From NCBI GenBank assembly GCA_965235115.1, contig OZ249438.1, positions 26,102,001 to 26,166,000 on the forward strand: DNA of 64,000 nucleotides, in the 5' to 3' direction. The notes under the pieces were generated by a model. It was given only the letters and a program-made list of their open reading frames with translations, was not told the DNA's origin and made no database searches. The translations under genes were made by a program, and so were the position numbers. Shown piece after piece: positions 12,314 to 31,345 of the stretch (its first letter is position 1; every line of letters starts with the position of its first letter). Origin of the DNA: Laetmonice hystrix (lineage: Eukaryota).

Positions 12314-13373
12314 GAGTCGGGCTCGTATAGTATAACGACAGGAGCCTCGTCCGTTCGGGTTCGGGCTCGTATAGTATAACGACAGGAGCCTCGTCCGTTC
12401 GGGTTCGGGCTCTGTTCGAGTCGGGCTCGTATAGTATAACGACAGGAGCCTCGTCCGTTCGGGTTCGGGCTCTGTTCGAGTCGGGCTCGTATAGTATAAC
12501 GACAGGAGCCTCGTCCGTTCGGGTTCGGGCTCGTATAGTATAACGACAGGAGCCTCGTCCGTTCGGGTTCGGGCTCTGTTCGAGTCGGGCTCGTATAGTA
12601 TAACGACAGGAGTCTCGTCCGTTCGGGTTCGGGCTCGTATAGTATAACGACAGGAGCCTCGTCCGATCGGGTTCGGGCTCGTATAGTATAACGACAGGAG
12701 CCTCGTCCGTTCGGGTTCGGGCTCGTATAACGACAGGAGCCTCGTCCGTTCGGGTTCGGGCTCTGTTCGAGTCGGGCTCGTATAGTATAACGACAGGAGC
12801 CTCGTCCGTTCGGGTTCGGGTTCGTATAGTATAACGACAGGAGCCTCGTCCGTTCGGGTTCGGGCTCGTATAACGACAGGAGCCTCGTCCGTTCGGGTTC
12901 GGGCTCTGTTCGAGTCGGGCTCGTATAGTATAACGACATGAGCCTCGTCCGTTCGGGTTCGGGCTCTGTTCGAGTCGGGCTCGTATAGTATAACGACAGG
13001 AGCCTCGTCCATTCGGGTTCGGGTTCGTATAGTATAACGACAGGAGCCTCGTCCGTTCGAGTCGGGCTCGTATAGTATAACGACAGGAGCCTCGTCCGTT
13101 CGGGTTCGGGGTCTGTTCGAGTCGGGTTCGTATAGTATAACGACAGGAGCCTCGTCCGTTCGGGTTCGGGCTCTGTTCGAGTCGGGCTCGTATAGTATAA
13201 CGACAGGAGCCTCGTCCATTCGGGTTCGGGTTCGGGCTCGTATAACGACAGGAGCCTCGTCCGTTCGAGTCGGGCTCGTATAGTATAACGACAGGAGCCT
13301 CGTCCGTTCGGGTTCGGGCTCGTATAGTATAACGACAGGAGCCTCGTCCGTTCGGGTTCGGGCTCTGTGTATA
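12314..13373. repeat. Modular CpG-rich minisatellite (60-bp full unit with shorter variants lacking internal modules)
   Basis: Unit CGAGTCGGGCTCGTATAGTATAACGACAGGAGCCTCGTCCGTTCGGGTTCGGGCTCTGTT, with recurrent loss of the CTCTGTTCGAGT or AGTAT modules. Confidence 0.95.
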
Positions 13374-13427
13374 CTAATAAAAGACTTATATACACAGAGC
13401 CCGAACCCGAACGGACGAGGCTGCTGT
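13335..13427. repeat. Fold-back inverted repeat ending the satellite (39-bp stem, 15-nt loop)
   Basis: 13335-13373 is the reverse complement of 13389-13427 with 1 mismatch. Confidence 0.9.
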
Positions 13428-13436
13428 AAGTATAAG

Positions 13437-13936
13437 TGCCGTCAATGATAATTGTAATTCTGAGCCAGATACAAGTTCAGTCAATTACCGTGGGCATGGC
13501 TCGTCCAGTATAACTGCCGTCAATGATAATTGTAATTCTGAGCCAGATACAAGTTCAGTCAATTACAGTGGGCATAGCTGGTCCAGTATAACTGCCGTCA
13601 ATGATAATTGTAATTCTGAGCCAGATACAAGTTCAGTCAATTACAGTAGGCATGGCTCGTCCAGTATAACTGCCGTCAAGCCAGATACAAGTTCAGTCAA
13701 TTACAGTGGGCATAGCTGGTCCAGTATAACTGCCGTCAATGATAATTGTAATTCTGAGCCAGATACAAGTTCAGTCAATTACCGTGGGCATGGCTCGTCC
13801 AGTATAACTGCCGTCAATGATAATTGTAATTCTGAGCCAGATACAAGTTCAGTCAATTACAGTGGGCATGGCACGTCCAGTATAACTGCCGTCAATGATA
13901 ATTGTAATTCTGAGCCAGATACAAGTTCAGTCAATC
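13437..13936. repeat. 78-bp tandem repeat, about 6.6 copies
   Basis: Unit starts at 13437, 13515, 13593, 13671, 13731 (the preceding copy has an 18-bp deletion), 13809, 13887. Confidence 0.95.
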
Positions 13937-14462
13937 ACAGAGGATGCATGAAGTATAACACCAGCACATGTTTGCGGTTTTGAGCACGACCTGCCTTGGG
14001 TAATAGGACAATATATTTCTAATATAAATTCATTGTGTTCACTGGCTCCTTGTGGAATTAAAACGTGTCGATACAACACACTGCAGGCTTAGAAGATATA
14101 CAGGCCTACTTGGTAATCTACTGAAGATAATACATGTTTGGCTGAACATAGACCCACGTACGGGCCACAATCGGGGCCCGGCCGGTAAGTGGGCGGGGGA
14201 GATATATTAATATGATGGCCGTTTATTGGAGCGCGCAGTCTTCACGGTACAGACATAATACAGTTCACAGTTCTAAGATAACTTTCCTCCAATTTTGCGG
14301 GGATCAAGTTCCCAGGGAAGGATCCATTTATTAAATATCAACCATTTCGTCGCACACATTATTACATATAGGTCACGGCATGAGTAGAAAGTGAGGCTAA
14401 CGATAGGGACGACCTGTATAGCATTATATTATACAAGGGACCCCTGTGTAACCCGCGTATAC

Positions 14463-14621
14463 CAGTAGCGTACCCAAGGGGGTGCTTGGGGTGCTCAAGC
14501 ACCCCCCTCAATGTCTTTTTTTGTTTGTTTTTTTGGTGCGCTTGTTGCCAATTTGCAGCGCCTACGACGTTGGTAATTTCTAGCACCCCCCCCCCGGGTC
14601 CAGTTTCTGGGTACACCACTG
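14463..14621. mobile_element. MITE with CAGTAGCGTACCC / GGGTACACCACTG termini and 5-bp TSD (TATAC)
   Basis: TATAC at 14458-14462 and 14622-14626; imperfect 13-bp TIR. Confidence 0.75.
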
Positions 14622-17600
14622 TATACAATATATCGGGTTGGAGCCTTGGGCCTTAGTATCAATAAAATCAGCTAGATCAATAAAGTTATCATACGACTTG
14701 GCCTCATCAGACCTATACGAATTTAAGACCGAAATATCATATCAATTTATAGGATAGTCCATTATTTCAGAGAAATCTAAAATATAATAAGTATCCACTT
14801 GTGATCACCTATTCTATAGGGCCTACTGAGAAATATACCGTAGGTATATAATTACGGGCCCTATGTCATTGACTCCGAGATGTTGGAGATATTTTCTTCA
14901 GCTTTGGACACATGATAATTTGAGGAATATCAAACATCACGTTGAAACTGACCGTTAGTATACATCACGCATGAACGCCTGCTGGCTCCTGGGCCCGACG
15001 GCCCGTTACAAACGTCGTCAGAGTTCAGGCGTGGACGTACATGCAATCTTCCCTGGAAATGTTCTCATTTGATGGAGTGACCCGGACCTCGACCTCGGCT
15101 CCACGCCCCCCCCCCCCCCCCCCGGGAGGATAGACGGCCCGTCGGTCCAATCGATACCTAGGGCCGGGAGGGGGGTGCGGGACCTGCAGCACGGGTCGGC
15201 TCGGCGGCCTGGGGCACACCCGGCCCGTCCACACATGGTGCCCACCGCGCCCGATTGACCCACACCCGGGCGTCCAATAACCCCGTTCACACCCCGACTA
15301 GATAGAAGATAGACAGTAAGATGCCCTTTTTCACGAGGCCACGATTCCGCAGACATTATCTTATACATCGCGTACCAGAAATCCTAAGATATTAAAAAAA
15401 ATAAGCGCTCACTTTCCTTGATATCCTTCTGGGCTATATGATTTCAACTTCGTCAATTTTATCTTGTACATTATCGGCCTAATCTCCTCCGCCTGCAGAT
15501 TTTATATCTTTGACTAAAACTTCACTTCAATCAGACTAAAGACTAAATGTTAACGGACAAAGATAGGAAGGACGTCGGAACACATTGTACAAAACGATAT
15601 ATGTGTAGGACTTCAATAATAACATCTCATAATGTGCGCTGCTTAGAGATTTATTATTTTCTTTTGTTGCATTTGAGCCGTGCCCATCGTTTCCCACAAC
15701 TCACATAAAAATTCGTTTCAAGAAAGTATATAACTAAACGAAATTACATATGTAACCACAGTATAATTAGAAACGTCCAACTGCCTATTTACTTATATCT
15801 ACAATAGTACACATGCAATGAGCAAGCATTTCCATACAGTGTGTGTGGCAAAACGAGATTTTCGCGTCTGAACTATACCTGACTCAAATACACCTAGTAC
15901 ATATGATATACATGGGAATATTTCCGTTTGTGTTACCAGTAGATGAACATGGAAGAAATGATAAATGTCGTGAAAAATAGACGTCTACATGGTGTTACGA
16001 TGGAAACACAAAATATGAAGTAATTGATTGCACAATCGTCCACAAATATTTGGGGGCATTTGGATCACCGATTTTGCTGTATGTGCAATTGGTCACGATA
16101 AAATGTTTCTTCAAATGAGCTTCGGCCGGTCCCCTCCCTTTCTACGTTACGATATCGTCAGCCACTTAGCAACATGTTGACGACGTGGTTACGATTACAA
16201 CTGAAGATTAAAATATGACGAGTGTGTCACGTCTTGGTTCAATAGAAACACCTGAAATTCCCTCCTTCTTGTGTGAAGGCGGAATGTTTGTAACCGTTTC
16301 AGTCTGACACTCACACTGTCATCTACAGACAACAATAACTCTTATATTATTACCTTATACCGAATTTCTCTTCGTAGAGCGGAATTCTAAAAGAACTCCC
16401 ACTTGTGAACATTTTCTGCTTACCGGTACTCCTCTTCTTCTGTGTGCAGATATTTTTCAAACTATTCGCTGGTTCCTCTAAGATTTCCTACAGACCGTGT
16501 AAATGGTTTCATTCAACCAGTCACTGCAGTGATAAATGCAAGGGCACTAAGATCGTCATAAAGTATCATAATATATCTAAACAATACCCATTTGTCGAAT
16601 GGTTAACATTGTATCACATACTCCTCGGCATGCCAGAATTATCATCGCAATATTATCGCTAAATTACCTTTACTCTATTTTCTCGGTATGCAGACAGACT
16701 ACCCATAACGCGTTTGACGACTTTAACTAGAGGCGTAAATACATACATACACTCACGCATAAATCCATGCACGCATTCAATAGCATACAGCCAGTATTCA
16801 CCTTCATGTTCTGTACCAACCATTTCAACATCGGTATTGCAGGTGGCCTGTACAACATTATCAATCTTTGCCACTAACAAAGAGGGAGGTAGTACAAAAA
16901 TACATTAATTATACTGCTAATAAGATTGGAAGGATAACACTCCCTTCACCCTACCCCAACTCCTGAACAGAAAAAAAGCACATCGGAAAAATATTTTGGG
17001 CTACAGGATATAAATTGGGTATTGGTCACATGAATTCCATCTTCTAAAAGACCTATGGTGGTACTAAGCCTTCCAATGTCGGTTATGCACTACTATACTA
17101 CATTTGTAACTATATTTGACCAGATTATACATTGTCCACGACATATCACAAAAAGACACAATTTTATCCTAAGACTAATAACCTTGTGAGTACGTGTATA
17201 CACTTTTGTAGGGTCACTTTCACTCACAATCTAGTTTTTGTCCTCTACTCCTTGACAAAAACCGGTATGCAGGAATATCAATTCAACAAGACATGTTCAA
17301 CAACTCTCAACTCATAAAAGGAGCGCTACCATGACTGCACTAAACTGCAGGAGAACAAGCCTGTTTCTCTACGAAGTCTGTCAGTTATCACTGTGGACCT
17401 AGCTCCTCTGAGGTTCATTGAGGGAATTAACCTGCTAACCTGCAAACCTTTGTCTGACTCTCTTATGTTAATGTATCATATAATATAATTGTCTCCAAAA
17501 AGTTCCTCTGCACATAGCCGAGTTCAATTTTTTTTTTATGGCAACCGATCGGGGCCCTTTTCCTAACGATCAACAAACTCCTGAGTTTCTGTTGACTTTG

Positions 17601-17899
17601 CAGTTTGAAATTTTCCTTTGCTTGTTGGAAATACTATGTTCAGCACCTTAGACACTATTGTATGTCTAGTCATTGTCTTGTATAATAACTACAGAGGATA
17701 TATTTCTAATGCGAAATAAAACATCTAAAACATGTGTAATGCTATGGGTATGAAACATTGCTAGTCCAGGCGAGTAGACAATGGCTAGGGGACCCAGGAA
17801 GCGATTTTTGTTCTAACTGACATTACGAGAATGCTAGGTGATGCAGGTTCTACAGGCGTCACAAACAGCTCCATCAACTCTTCCTAGGCGCCCCTCGAA

Positions 17900-24232
<6,333 letters not shown>

Positions 24233-24684
24233 GCCAAGACCGGAGTCTGTGCTATAATATCCTGATACTTTGATGGAAGCACTCGGTCCACTGCCTCTGA
24301 AAATCAGTAACCGGAAGACCAACAAAGATGTATTTAGGTGCCGCGATAGTAAATTGAGCAGTATAGCCTACGGTCTTTTTCACAAAACCGAGCGTGCTAA
24401 ACGAAACCGAGTTCCTATTAATATTATCATAGACATCTCTGAGTACTGGCGTTTGTCACCAATGACAGGAGAGGATAGATATATAGGGCCTCTTACAGTT
24501 CCAACGTGCTTGACAATGAGTATCGTGCCTTTTTAAGGATTTTTTTGCGTCAATGCATGGCGCGCTCACCTGCCAGTCGGTTTCGTGTAGGCCTAAAAGG
24601 TTAGTGCGGTTGGATATCGCCCGATGTCGCCACCATCGAGCTGTCGGGTTTTCGCAGGCCTCGGTTATGTTCAGTGATGATCAA

Positions 24685-24958
24685 CAGGGGCGGATTCAGG
24701 GGGGGGGGGCGAGGGGGCCGCGGTCCCCCCTTTCGTCAGGGTACCAATCAGAAAAAAGGCAAAATTTTGTTGTTTGCAATTGTAAAAGCAAACATTTTGC
24801 TTTCTCAGAATGCAGGAAATGCCATTTCATGCAGAGACTCTAGATGTTCAAAATATTAATTGTCCGGGGGGATGCCCCCGGACCCCCTACTAGGGCTCGG
24901 CCCCCCTTTAATTCCAACCGGCCCCCCCCCCTTTTCCAAAATCCTGGATCCGCCCCTG
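24685..24958. mobile_element. MITE of the CAGGGGCGGAT..ATCCGCCCCTG family
   Basis: TIRs as at 4177; flanks ATCAA / ATTAA (4/5 match, probably a decayed 5-bp TSD). Confidence 0.7.
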
Positions 24959-25410
24959 ATTAAACCCAACAACTCACCAAAAAACAACCAGCCCATTCAC
25001 CCTGATGTTCTTAACCTTTTTCTTACCGTTTTCCACTGGTGACTTTGGCCACTACCAGAGCATTATTTCCCCCTGCCCCCCGCCCGACCTTTGGCTTTAG
25101 GCCTAATTGGCTTTGGATAGCCTAGGCCTATATTACTAGGCCTATAGGGTAGGCCTAATATCGTGGTAAACTTTGGTTTCAAGTTTTTTATTTTTACGGT
25201 ACAGGGGCAAAATATGGGGGGGGGGGCTATGGATGCAGAGGCGGATCTATATGCATGGGGCCCTAGGGGCCCGCCCCCCCCCCCTAAATTTTGGACAAGT
25301 AGGCCTATAGGCTAGGCCTAGGCATATACGGCAATCTCCATCCGCCACCAGGGGGCTGGCGCCCGGCCCCCTAGCGGCAGGACAGTGAAGCAGTTCTACG
25401 CCCGCCCTCC

Positions 25411-25535
25411 CCCATAATCCAAATAAGGGCATGATTTGATTCGCGTGCTCTCGTCTCTAGCCAAATAGGCAAACGCTTAATTAATTAATTAAAAATATTG
25501 TCGATATGGACGCGCCATGGTACCAGACTGCTAGA
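25411..25535. repeat. Dispersed repeat of about 125 bp, second copy at 47777-47902
   Basis: Near-identical ATAATCCAAATAAG..GCTTAATTAATTAATTAAAAATATTGTCG..CCAGACTGCTAGA at both sites. Confidence 0.9.
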
Positions 25536-25615
25536 TGTTTACCAGGTTCAACTTTGTGGAAGCTTATGAAGCAGGTCCGAATGAATCACATGTTTATGCC
25601 CAAAGGTTACATTAA

Positions 25616-26367
25616 AGGGGCATGCTATGAAACACGTTTTTGAGGATTTCCGGCAATTATCCAACATGACCGTGTACTAGGGATCCAAGTAAGTAATCCT
25701 ACCACAGCATTTTGTCCTTCGACGTGTTTTCGCTGCGTATGCAGCACAAGTAGGCCTAGGTTCTATACGACCAAACCTATAGATTGCTCCCGATAGCACC
25801 TCTCTCGCCATAATTTGGCGGACAACCTCCCATCAACCCGTGTAATTGCATACTGTGTCACATCCTGTGTGTGCACTCTCTGCATGTGCTTATTCACGTG
25901 CGTTTAACAGTGTGGTTTTCCTACGGGTTCCGCAAGGAATTCGAACTCTAAATTTTATTGAGGATCTCAAAGAACCCCCAAAAAAACATTTTCTCTATAG
26001 TCTGAGTTATTTTAAATAATGCTTATCAGACTATAATATAAGCAGGGCCTAAAGAACTAAAGAACGGTTCAATGTGGAACTGTGTGTGCACTCTCTGCAT
26101 GTGCTTAGTCACGTGCTTTGCTTAGTTTTAAACAATTCAGCAGTGGCACTCGATCGCCCGCCATCAGAATGCCACCCAAAAAATACTTTACGAAATCAGC
26201 AGAGAAGCGGGTAAGGGAGCTTAATAAACTTCGATTTCTCATGCAAAATTAAACTGATAAGTCTGTCTTTGTTTACCAAGCAATTTTAATGAAAGATCTC
26301 TTTATGAAAACAGCAAAAGTTCTATACGAAATACCGATTTTTTTACGTTTCCTCATAATATGCCCCT
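25616..26367. mobile_element. Kolobok-like non-autonomous element (TTAA TSD)
   Basis: TTAA|AGGGGCAT ... ATGCCCCT|TTAA. Confidence 0.7.
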
Positions 26368-28809
26368 TTAATGCTTTACTGCCCAAAAATGCATGAAATA
26401 ATTTAAGGGATCATGCTTACATTTGGATATTGACTGAATGACCTCCTCTATAGTTAACATCAATGATTGTATACATATTGAAGCAGGTTGAACCTGACGT
26501 CCTAGATGCCCGTTAATAACATTGGCGGATCCGGGGGGGGGGGGGGGGGCAAGGGGGCCTTATGACACATCGGGGTAGAAAGTGAACTCGTGCTTGGTTA
26601 CTTTGAAGTGAATCCGTGGCCTGCCACCTTGTGATTGTTGACTGAACTAAACAATTTTACCGGCTTTATACCGTAAATTGTAACGGTTTACCGTAATTTT
26701 TGAATCATGATTTGATTAACGGTATATTTCTCGTATAGAACTGGGTCATATCGCCACAGAATGCACAAATGGCCTCCCAGGACCCCTCAAAAAGACCAAA
26801 TTTTCAAATTGGCCCAATTCCTTATTGTCTGGTATGGTTTGAAAGCCTATGATCTACGCTATCAGGATATACCAATTATACTAACAGAATCGTAGCAGTG
26901 TGGTTTTTATACATCATGTAAACAGCCCCAAACAACAAGCAAAAATAGGCTGGGAAAAATCGGCCAGAATTTTTTTTGTAACTTGTGCAAAAATTTTCCT
27001 CCGATTGGATAAATTTATATATGGCGTATATAAATACAGAATTTTAGGCAGCTCAATACTATATTTTTAATTTTAACATGTTGCAGCTGCATGACGTGCA
27101 TAAGGATCGAAATCGAATATGACACACTTGAAACATGCAGTTAGGGATGATTACATGGTTTGTTTTACAGGTCAGACAGAAGGCTACCCAAAATATATCT
27201 ATGTTCTAAGAGTAGAATCAAAATGTTAGGCTCAGTGGAGCTTGTAAATAAAATGTGTGATGTGCATAAGATTCTTACGAACGTCATGGCTTGATATTGC
27301 TTTTGCTCACAGGTACATGATTCACGCTCATTATGTTTAGTTATAGGGCCTAATACAACATTAGAAGGTAAGAATTAAAATAAAACATACATGTTTAGGG
27401 CACTGAAATTACATGGTTGGGAGCTGTTTTGCCACCATTTACCATGGTGAATGACGTGCATAATCACAAAGTTGGCCAAACCCATCAACATATATGCACA
27501 GACATAGCCTACAGCAATAGTCGTTTACATTAAACCATAACACCTCTAGAGAATGGAAACAAAGAAAAAACCTGTCTGCACCAATAAAATAACTATAGAG
27601 GTCTGCCCTCCTGGTACAAGAAATTGTCCTTATGCACATCACACCATCACAGTCCATGCCCAAGGTCAAAAATACACAGAAGATTTTGCACTGGAACCCA
27701 ACCGTTTATCGCCCATGTTTCAGGCTGAAATAGTGAGGAATTTCCTATTTTTAATCAAAACACACTAAATACGATTAGTTGAATGCTACAATTACATCAC
27801 AGGGGGTTGAAGTACACTACTTCACAATTTGGCTTGGGTAGGATTTACAGTTTAAGCCCGATGTGAGTACAGCTGGTGAAAAAAAAAGGACAAGAACTTC
27901 ATTGATCTTGCCGTCAAGATGCTCACAAAAGTTCCTGCAGATGGCAGCACTGTGTGGCTACGTCATCGCGTTGAAAAGGGCAAAACACTATTTTTAACCT
28001 TATGCACGTCATGCCCCTTATGCATATCATGATTTCCCACGATTTGACCCCCAACATGACTGATCAGTGATATTTTCGGATCTTTCACCACAGGATCATA
28101 GCATAGGAATAGGATCAGGCATACCATGTTCCAAAATTCTCAAAAGCTATTGAATATTGACAGCATGGAGAAATATGAAGGAACCACTGGTCATGACGTG
28201 CATAAGCTGCTCCCAGTATAAACACACTAAGCGAAACTTTGCGGAATCATAACTAAACGGGTTTTAGGAATTTTCGGAAAATTTTTGTGGGAAGTGAGCC
28301 ATCTAAATATGCACTGCATATTCCCCTCATCAATAGCCTTTTTGCTGTGTTATATTTGTCTGGTATAATCAAACCATTATTTTATTATGCACGTCACAAT
28401 AATTTAATGAAAAACTGTTTAATGCATTTCTATAATGAACGAATCAGAATAGATGCGTCAGTATTTTTTATTTACATTGATTAACTCATTACATACCATG
28501 ACATCAAGAAAGATTTATATCAGGCATTCTTTATGCTGCAATCCAAAGTGATTATTGACATATATTTCATGACATAAATTTAAATTTAAATAATTTCTTA
28601 ATTTCAAAAATCTACAGCTTGGGCAAAATGCAAATGAGATAAAGCAAAGTATACATTTTCTTAAAGGTGTATCTGTTCTCTTCCATGTTATGCATTTGGG
28701 CAAAAGATCTCAGTAAAAATAACACACCTATGACCTGTATAACGAGTGAGGGTAAGGATTTCACCCATTTGTGCATTCTGTGGCGATATGACCCATCTTC
28801 ACTGGTATC

Positions 28810-29523
28810 ATACTGTAATTTTACCGAGGCATTTTACGGTATGCCGTAAAAATAACAATTTAACGGTATTTTCTAACTGACGGCGACATTCTGTCGTTTT
28901 TACTGGCTTTATACCGTCATTCACAGACAAAACCGACAGTTTGTTGATTTACGGTACCTACCTGTCATTCAAAACGGGTCATGTACCGTAAACCATGGAT
29001 CACGACCGTTTTCTACATATTTTACGGTCAAATCATAAGTTTACGGGGTTTTATCCGTTAAATTTGAGTAACGGTAAAATTCCGTAATTTTTTACTGACT
29101 TTTCACCGTGAGTTGGCCGTAACTTTTAACAGTGTGGTTTTCCTACGGGTTCCGCAAGGAATTCAAACTCTAAATTTTATTGAGGATCTCAAAGAACCTA
29201 AAAAATACATTTTCTCTATAGTCAGAGTTATTTTAAATAATGCTTATCAGACTCTAATATAAGCAGGGCCTAAAGAACTAAAGAACGGTTCAATGTGGAA
29301 CTTTACCTTCTCTAACAGGAACCCTTTTACTCCGTATAGAACCCTTTGGTTCCACGTGGAACATATTCCTCAAGGAACCCTTCTCCCCTGTATAGAACCT
29401 TTTGGTTCCACGTGGAACCCAACTTTCCTACCAGGAACCCTTTTACCTCGTATAGGACCCTTTGGTTCCATGTGGAACCCCGAAGTTCAACAAAGAACCT
29501 CTCAGAGCCCTTATTTCTAAGAG
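28810..29523. mobile_element. Composite of DNA-transposon fragments: a CCGTA/TACGG-rich end terminating TTTTAACAGTG, then an array of GAACC..GGTTCCACGTGGAAC units of about 60 bp ending TTCTAAGAG (CACTA/EnSpm-like ends)
   Basis: Subterminal motif repeats and terminal CACTG/CTCTTAG-type words are seen directly. The superfamily call is inference. Confidence 0.5.
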
Positions 29524-29963
29524 GCCTGCTAGATTTCACATGCACTTGTATAAATATATTAACCACATCAAAAGTGGGTCGGCCAAAAAAAGAAAAACCT
29601 GTAAAATATATAGCCATAGGGGATCCACCTCAAAAGGGGGATCGAGTAAGAACATGGGGTATAAGAAAAGAACCACTGAATCCTCACTTTGGATGCCCCA
29701 TGTTTCTATTCCTTTATCTTAATTCCTTTGAACGGTCCCTAGACATTGGCCCTGCTGTCCGAGGTCGTGGCTAGCGATACCGGTTAGAACACTGCAGTAG
29801 GCCTAATGCTACTTGCCGAGTGTAGGTTGTACATAAACCGGCTTATGGGCCTGACCCCGCACACTGAACGGAACACAACGTAGGACAAAGCAAGTTGCTA
29901 ATGAGTTAGGCTTATCATGATGTAAAAGACTGAGCCTACGCCCGTTCTGTCTACACGCAGCAA

Positions 29964-30034
29964 CCTTGTTCTCGCCCTGAAATAGCTGAAATACTGCTGT
30001 TGGGCGTTAAACACCAACTATTCACTCACTCACT
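29964..30034 (+). mobile_element. 5'-truncated SINE/LINE 3' tail with (CACT)n end and 13-bp TSD
   Basis: TAGCTGAAATACTGCTGTTGGGCGTTAAACACCAAC-(TCAC)n, flanked by CTACACGCAGCAA at 29951-29963 and 30035-30047. Confidence 0.75.
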
Positions 30035-30813
30035 CTACACGCAGCAAGCTGTATAGGCCCAACGACGAGCATCACAGATGGTGGTTATTATACAAAGTGA
30101 TAATTGCAGTGCAGTGATTACCGGCAATAGAGTCTACATGCGTCATAATGTCACGGGCCTAATTCAGAGCTAACATGTCTGACCTGTCCTGCCCTATAAA
30201 TGATATACATGTAACCCCTTCTGTAATCATAGGCCTACTTTAAAGTTATACATAATAGTAGGGTAGGCGGCTTGTACATGTAGGCCTATTAATCCATGTT
30301 TCTCTCTTTCTTCTCTATCATTTAAACGTAAACATAGGCCTAAATATATCCCTTTTTATACAGTTTTCACTGGAACCAGGTCTAGATCCTATCCTAGGTC
30401 CTGGAGACCACGGTCGATCGACGTCCATTTTGACAACCCCCCCCCCCCCCCCGGACGATCGAGTCAGACTGTCTAGTTCATCAGCAGGCGCGATCTCACG
30501 ATGGGCTGTCCTTATTACCCCGGCCGCACCATAGACCAATATCAATTTACAGACCCACTCTTCCCTGAGATTATTCTGAATAATACTCGGTATATAGGAC
30601 TAATTCTGTACACGTTTCGAACCTTTACCATTTGTAATATATGGGTATACGACTGAGGACGAGGGTCACTGAGGTCATGCCTATCCACGAGCCAACATGG
30701 GAATGAAATCAATTTCGTTATACTATACTTGATGCCGAATGTTATCGATAGCAGACATATAATGGGATATGGGTTGGTCCTGCCAAAGTGGGGTTTCATT
30801 GGAGGTTCTGCCG

Positions 30814-30816
<3 letters not shown>

Positions 30817-30852
<36 letters not shown>
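30817..30852. repeat. (GA)18 microsatellite
   Basis: Directly visible. Confidence 0.95.
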
Positions 30853-30856
<4 letters not shown>

Positions 30857-31345
30857 GTGGGGTGGGGGGTGGGGGGCAGTTGTGTAGGAGCTATAGGCAT
30901 ATATCTTTTTCCGGAAGAAATCATATAAACACCAGTCTCAGACTCCAAAAAAGAAACGTTTGGAACGCCTCACTTCATCATCATAAACTGGGGAGCACAA
31001 AGTGCAATTATGCAAGTTTAAAGATGTCCAAGATGAAGACAAAAAAATGTGGAGGCATATAAATCACGCAAACAAACACACACGTAACGAATATACTGGC
31101 TAACTAAGACTATATTTAACTAAATATGAATAATAAATATCACCAAATAAATAACTCTTCAAGGTCCGACTCCAATTGTTGCATTACCCAGCCCACGTTA
31201 TATGTAGCCAATGACTGACACGCACAAAAAACGGCGGCGAGCCTAATAAATTAGCTGAAATAATGACACTGAATATAAGCTACATAATGGGCGTTGTTAT
31301 AACGCCGGCGTGAGAGACACTCGAGTTGGCTTTGTCGGTACGGTC

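Noticed and set aside
12182-13395. 345-aa and 362-aa minus-strand ORFs with EPEPERTRLLSLYYTSP / TDEAPVVILYEPDSN repeats
   Set aside because: The 60-bp unit has no stop codon in any of the three minus frames and unit-length variants switch frames freely, so long ORFs arise automatically.
12314-13936. CRISPR-like appearance of the repeat arrays (also 335-602 and 5132-5468)
   Set aside because: Units are contiguous with no unique spacers, there are no cas genes, and the context is eukaryotic.
14955-15260. Exon-like open segment on the minus strand (GRLHVRPRLNSDDVCNGPSGPGASRRSCVMYTN) with AG/GT ends
   Set aside because: No partner exons or recognisable homology could be joined to it.
25343-25356. 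CTCF-like words (CCACCAGGGGGC here; weaker ones near 23560, 27940, 48935, 49667)
   Set aside because: Most lie inside transposon fragments, and a motif match alone does not support an insulator call.
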